This document shows, piece by piece, positions 63,586-64,000 of a DNA stretch of 64,000 nucleotides (position 1 is the stretch's first letter; each line of letters begins with the position of its first letter). The position numbers and the translations under genes are program-made. Source of the DNA: Cetorhinus maximus (lineage: Eukaryota); the NCBI RefSeq assembly GCF_964194155.1, contig NC_135901.1, positions 3,348,001-3,412,000 on the forward strand. The letters run 5' to 3'. Under the pieces are notes generated by a model, which made no database searches, was not told where the DNA came from, and saw only the letters and a list, made by a program, of their open reading frames with translations.

Positions 63586-64000
63586 ATCAAGCGTTAACTC
63601 ATTTAACATAAACACACTCAAAATAAATTGTTCAAGTTATGCACTAAAATACCACATGGAGTTCACATCAGGTTGCTAACTGCTACTACAATTGTATATC
63701 AGGCATTTGATCTCCAGGTAAAGAAGGGTATGATAACATCGTGGTTGTCCATTGGTGATCCCTTATGTCGGGGATGATTCTTTCTTTTGGATGACTGGGT
63801 GGCAGTGAGATGTCAGTGGGTTCACAGGTGAATAATGAGCCCTATCTTAGCCTTGCAAGCTCTTCCTACAGTGAGGATTATGGGGGTTCTCAGCCAGTAG
63901 AGTTGGTGGTGGATTGTTGGCTTGAGCAACTGCCCTCTCTGGTCATCTCTTGTTGGCTGTTCTTGTTGATTGGAAAGTCTTGATGCCGTGTTTGAGGATG

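Overview
Eukaryotic, vertebrate DNA, most likely a cartilaginous fish (shark-like), judged from the repeat content: abundant CR1/L2 LINEs, a tRNA-derived SINE sharing a LINE tail, and Penelope ends. The window is a birth-and-death cluster of C2H2 zinc-finger (ZNF) genes with no recognisable KRAB domain. There are nine finger-array loci: five with open frames, four frameshifted or decayed, plus orphan 5' relics. They form two subfamilies. Type A starts MEG(K/E)STVHSGEKP and mostly pairs with GC-rich first-exon cassette A. Type B starts MEKPWKC from an ATG inside a former TGEKP linker and mostly pairs with cassette B. All share a conserved splice-acceptor module and a ~170-nt 3'UTR. Spacers hold CR1, L2 and RTE LINE fragments, SINEs, solo LTRs, minisatellites and a decayed retroviral-type pol (two RNase H domains plus integrase). 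The most striking structure is a TSD-flanked fold-back Penelope insertion next to a ZNF promoter, with a 65-nt copy of that same gene's exon at its inversion junction. Coordinates were read by eye and repeat boundaries are approximate.
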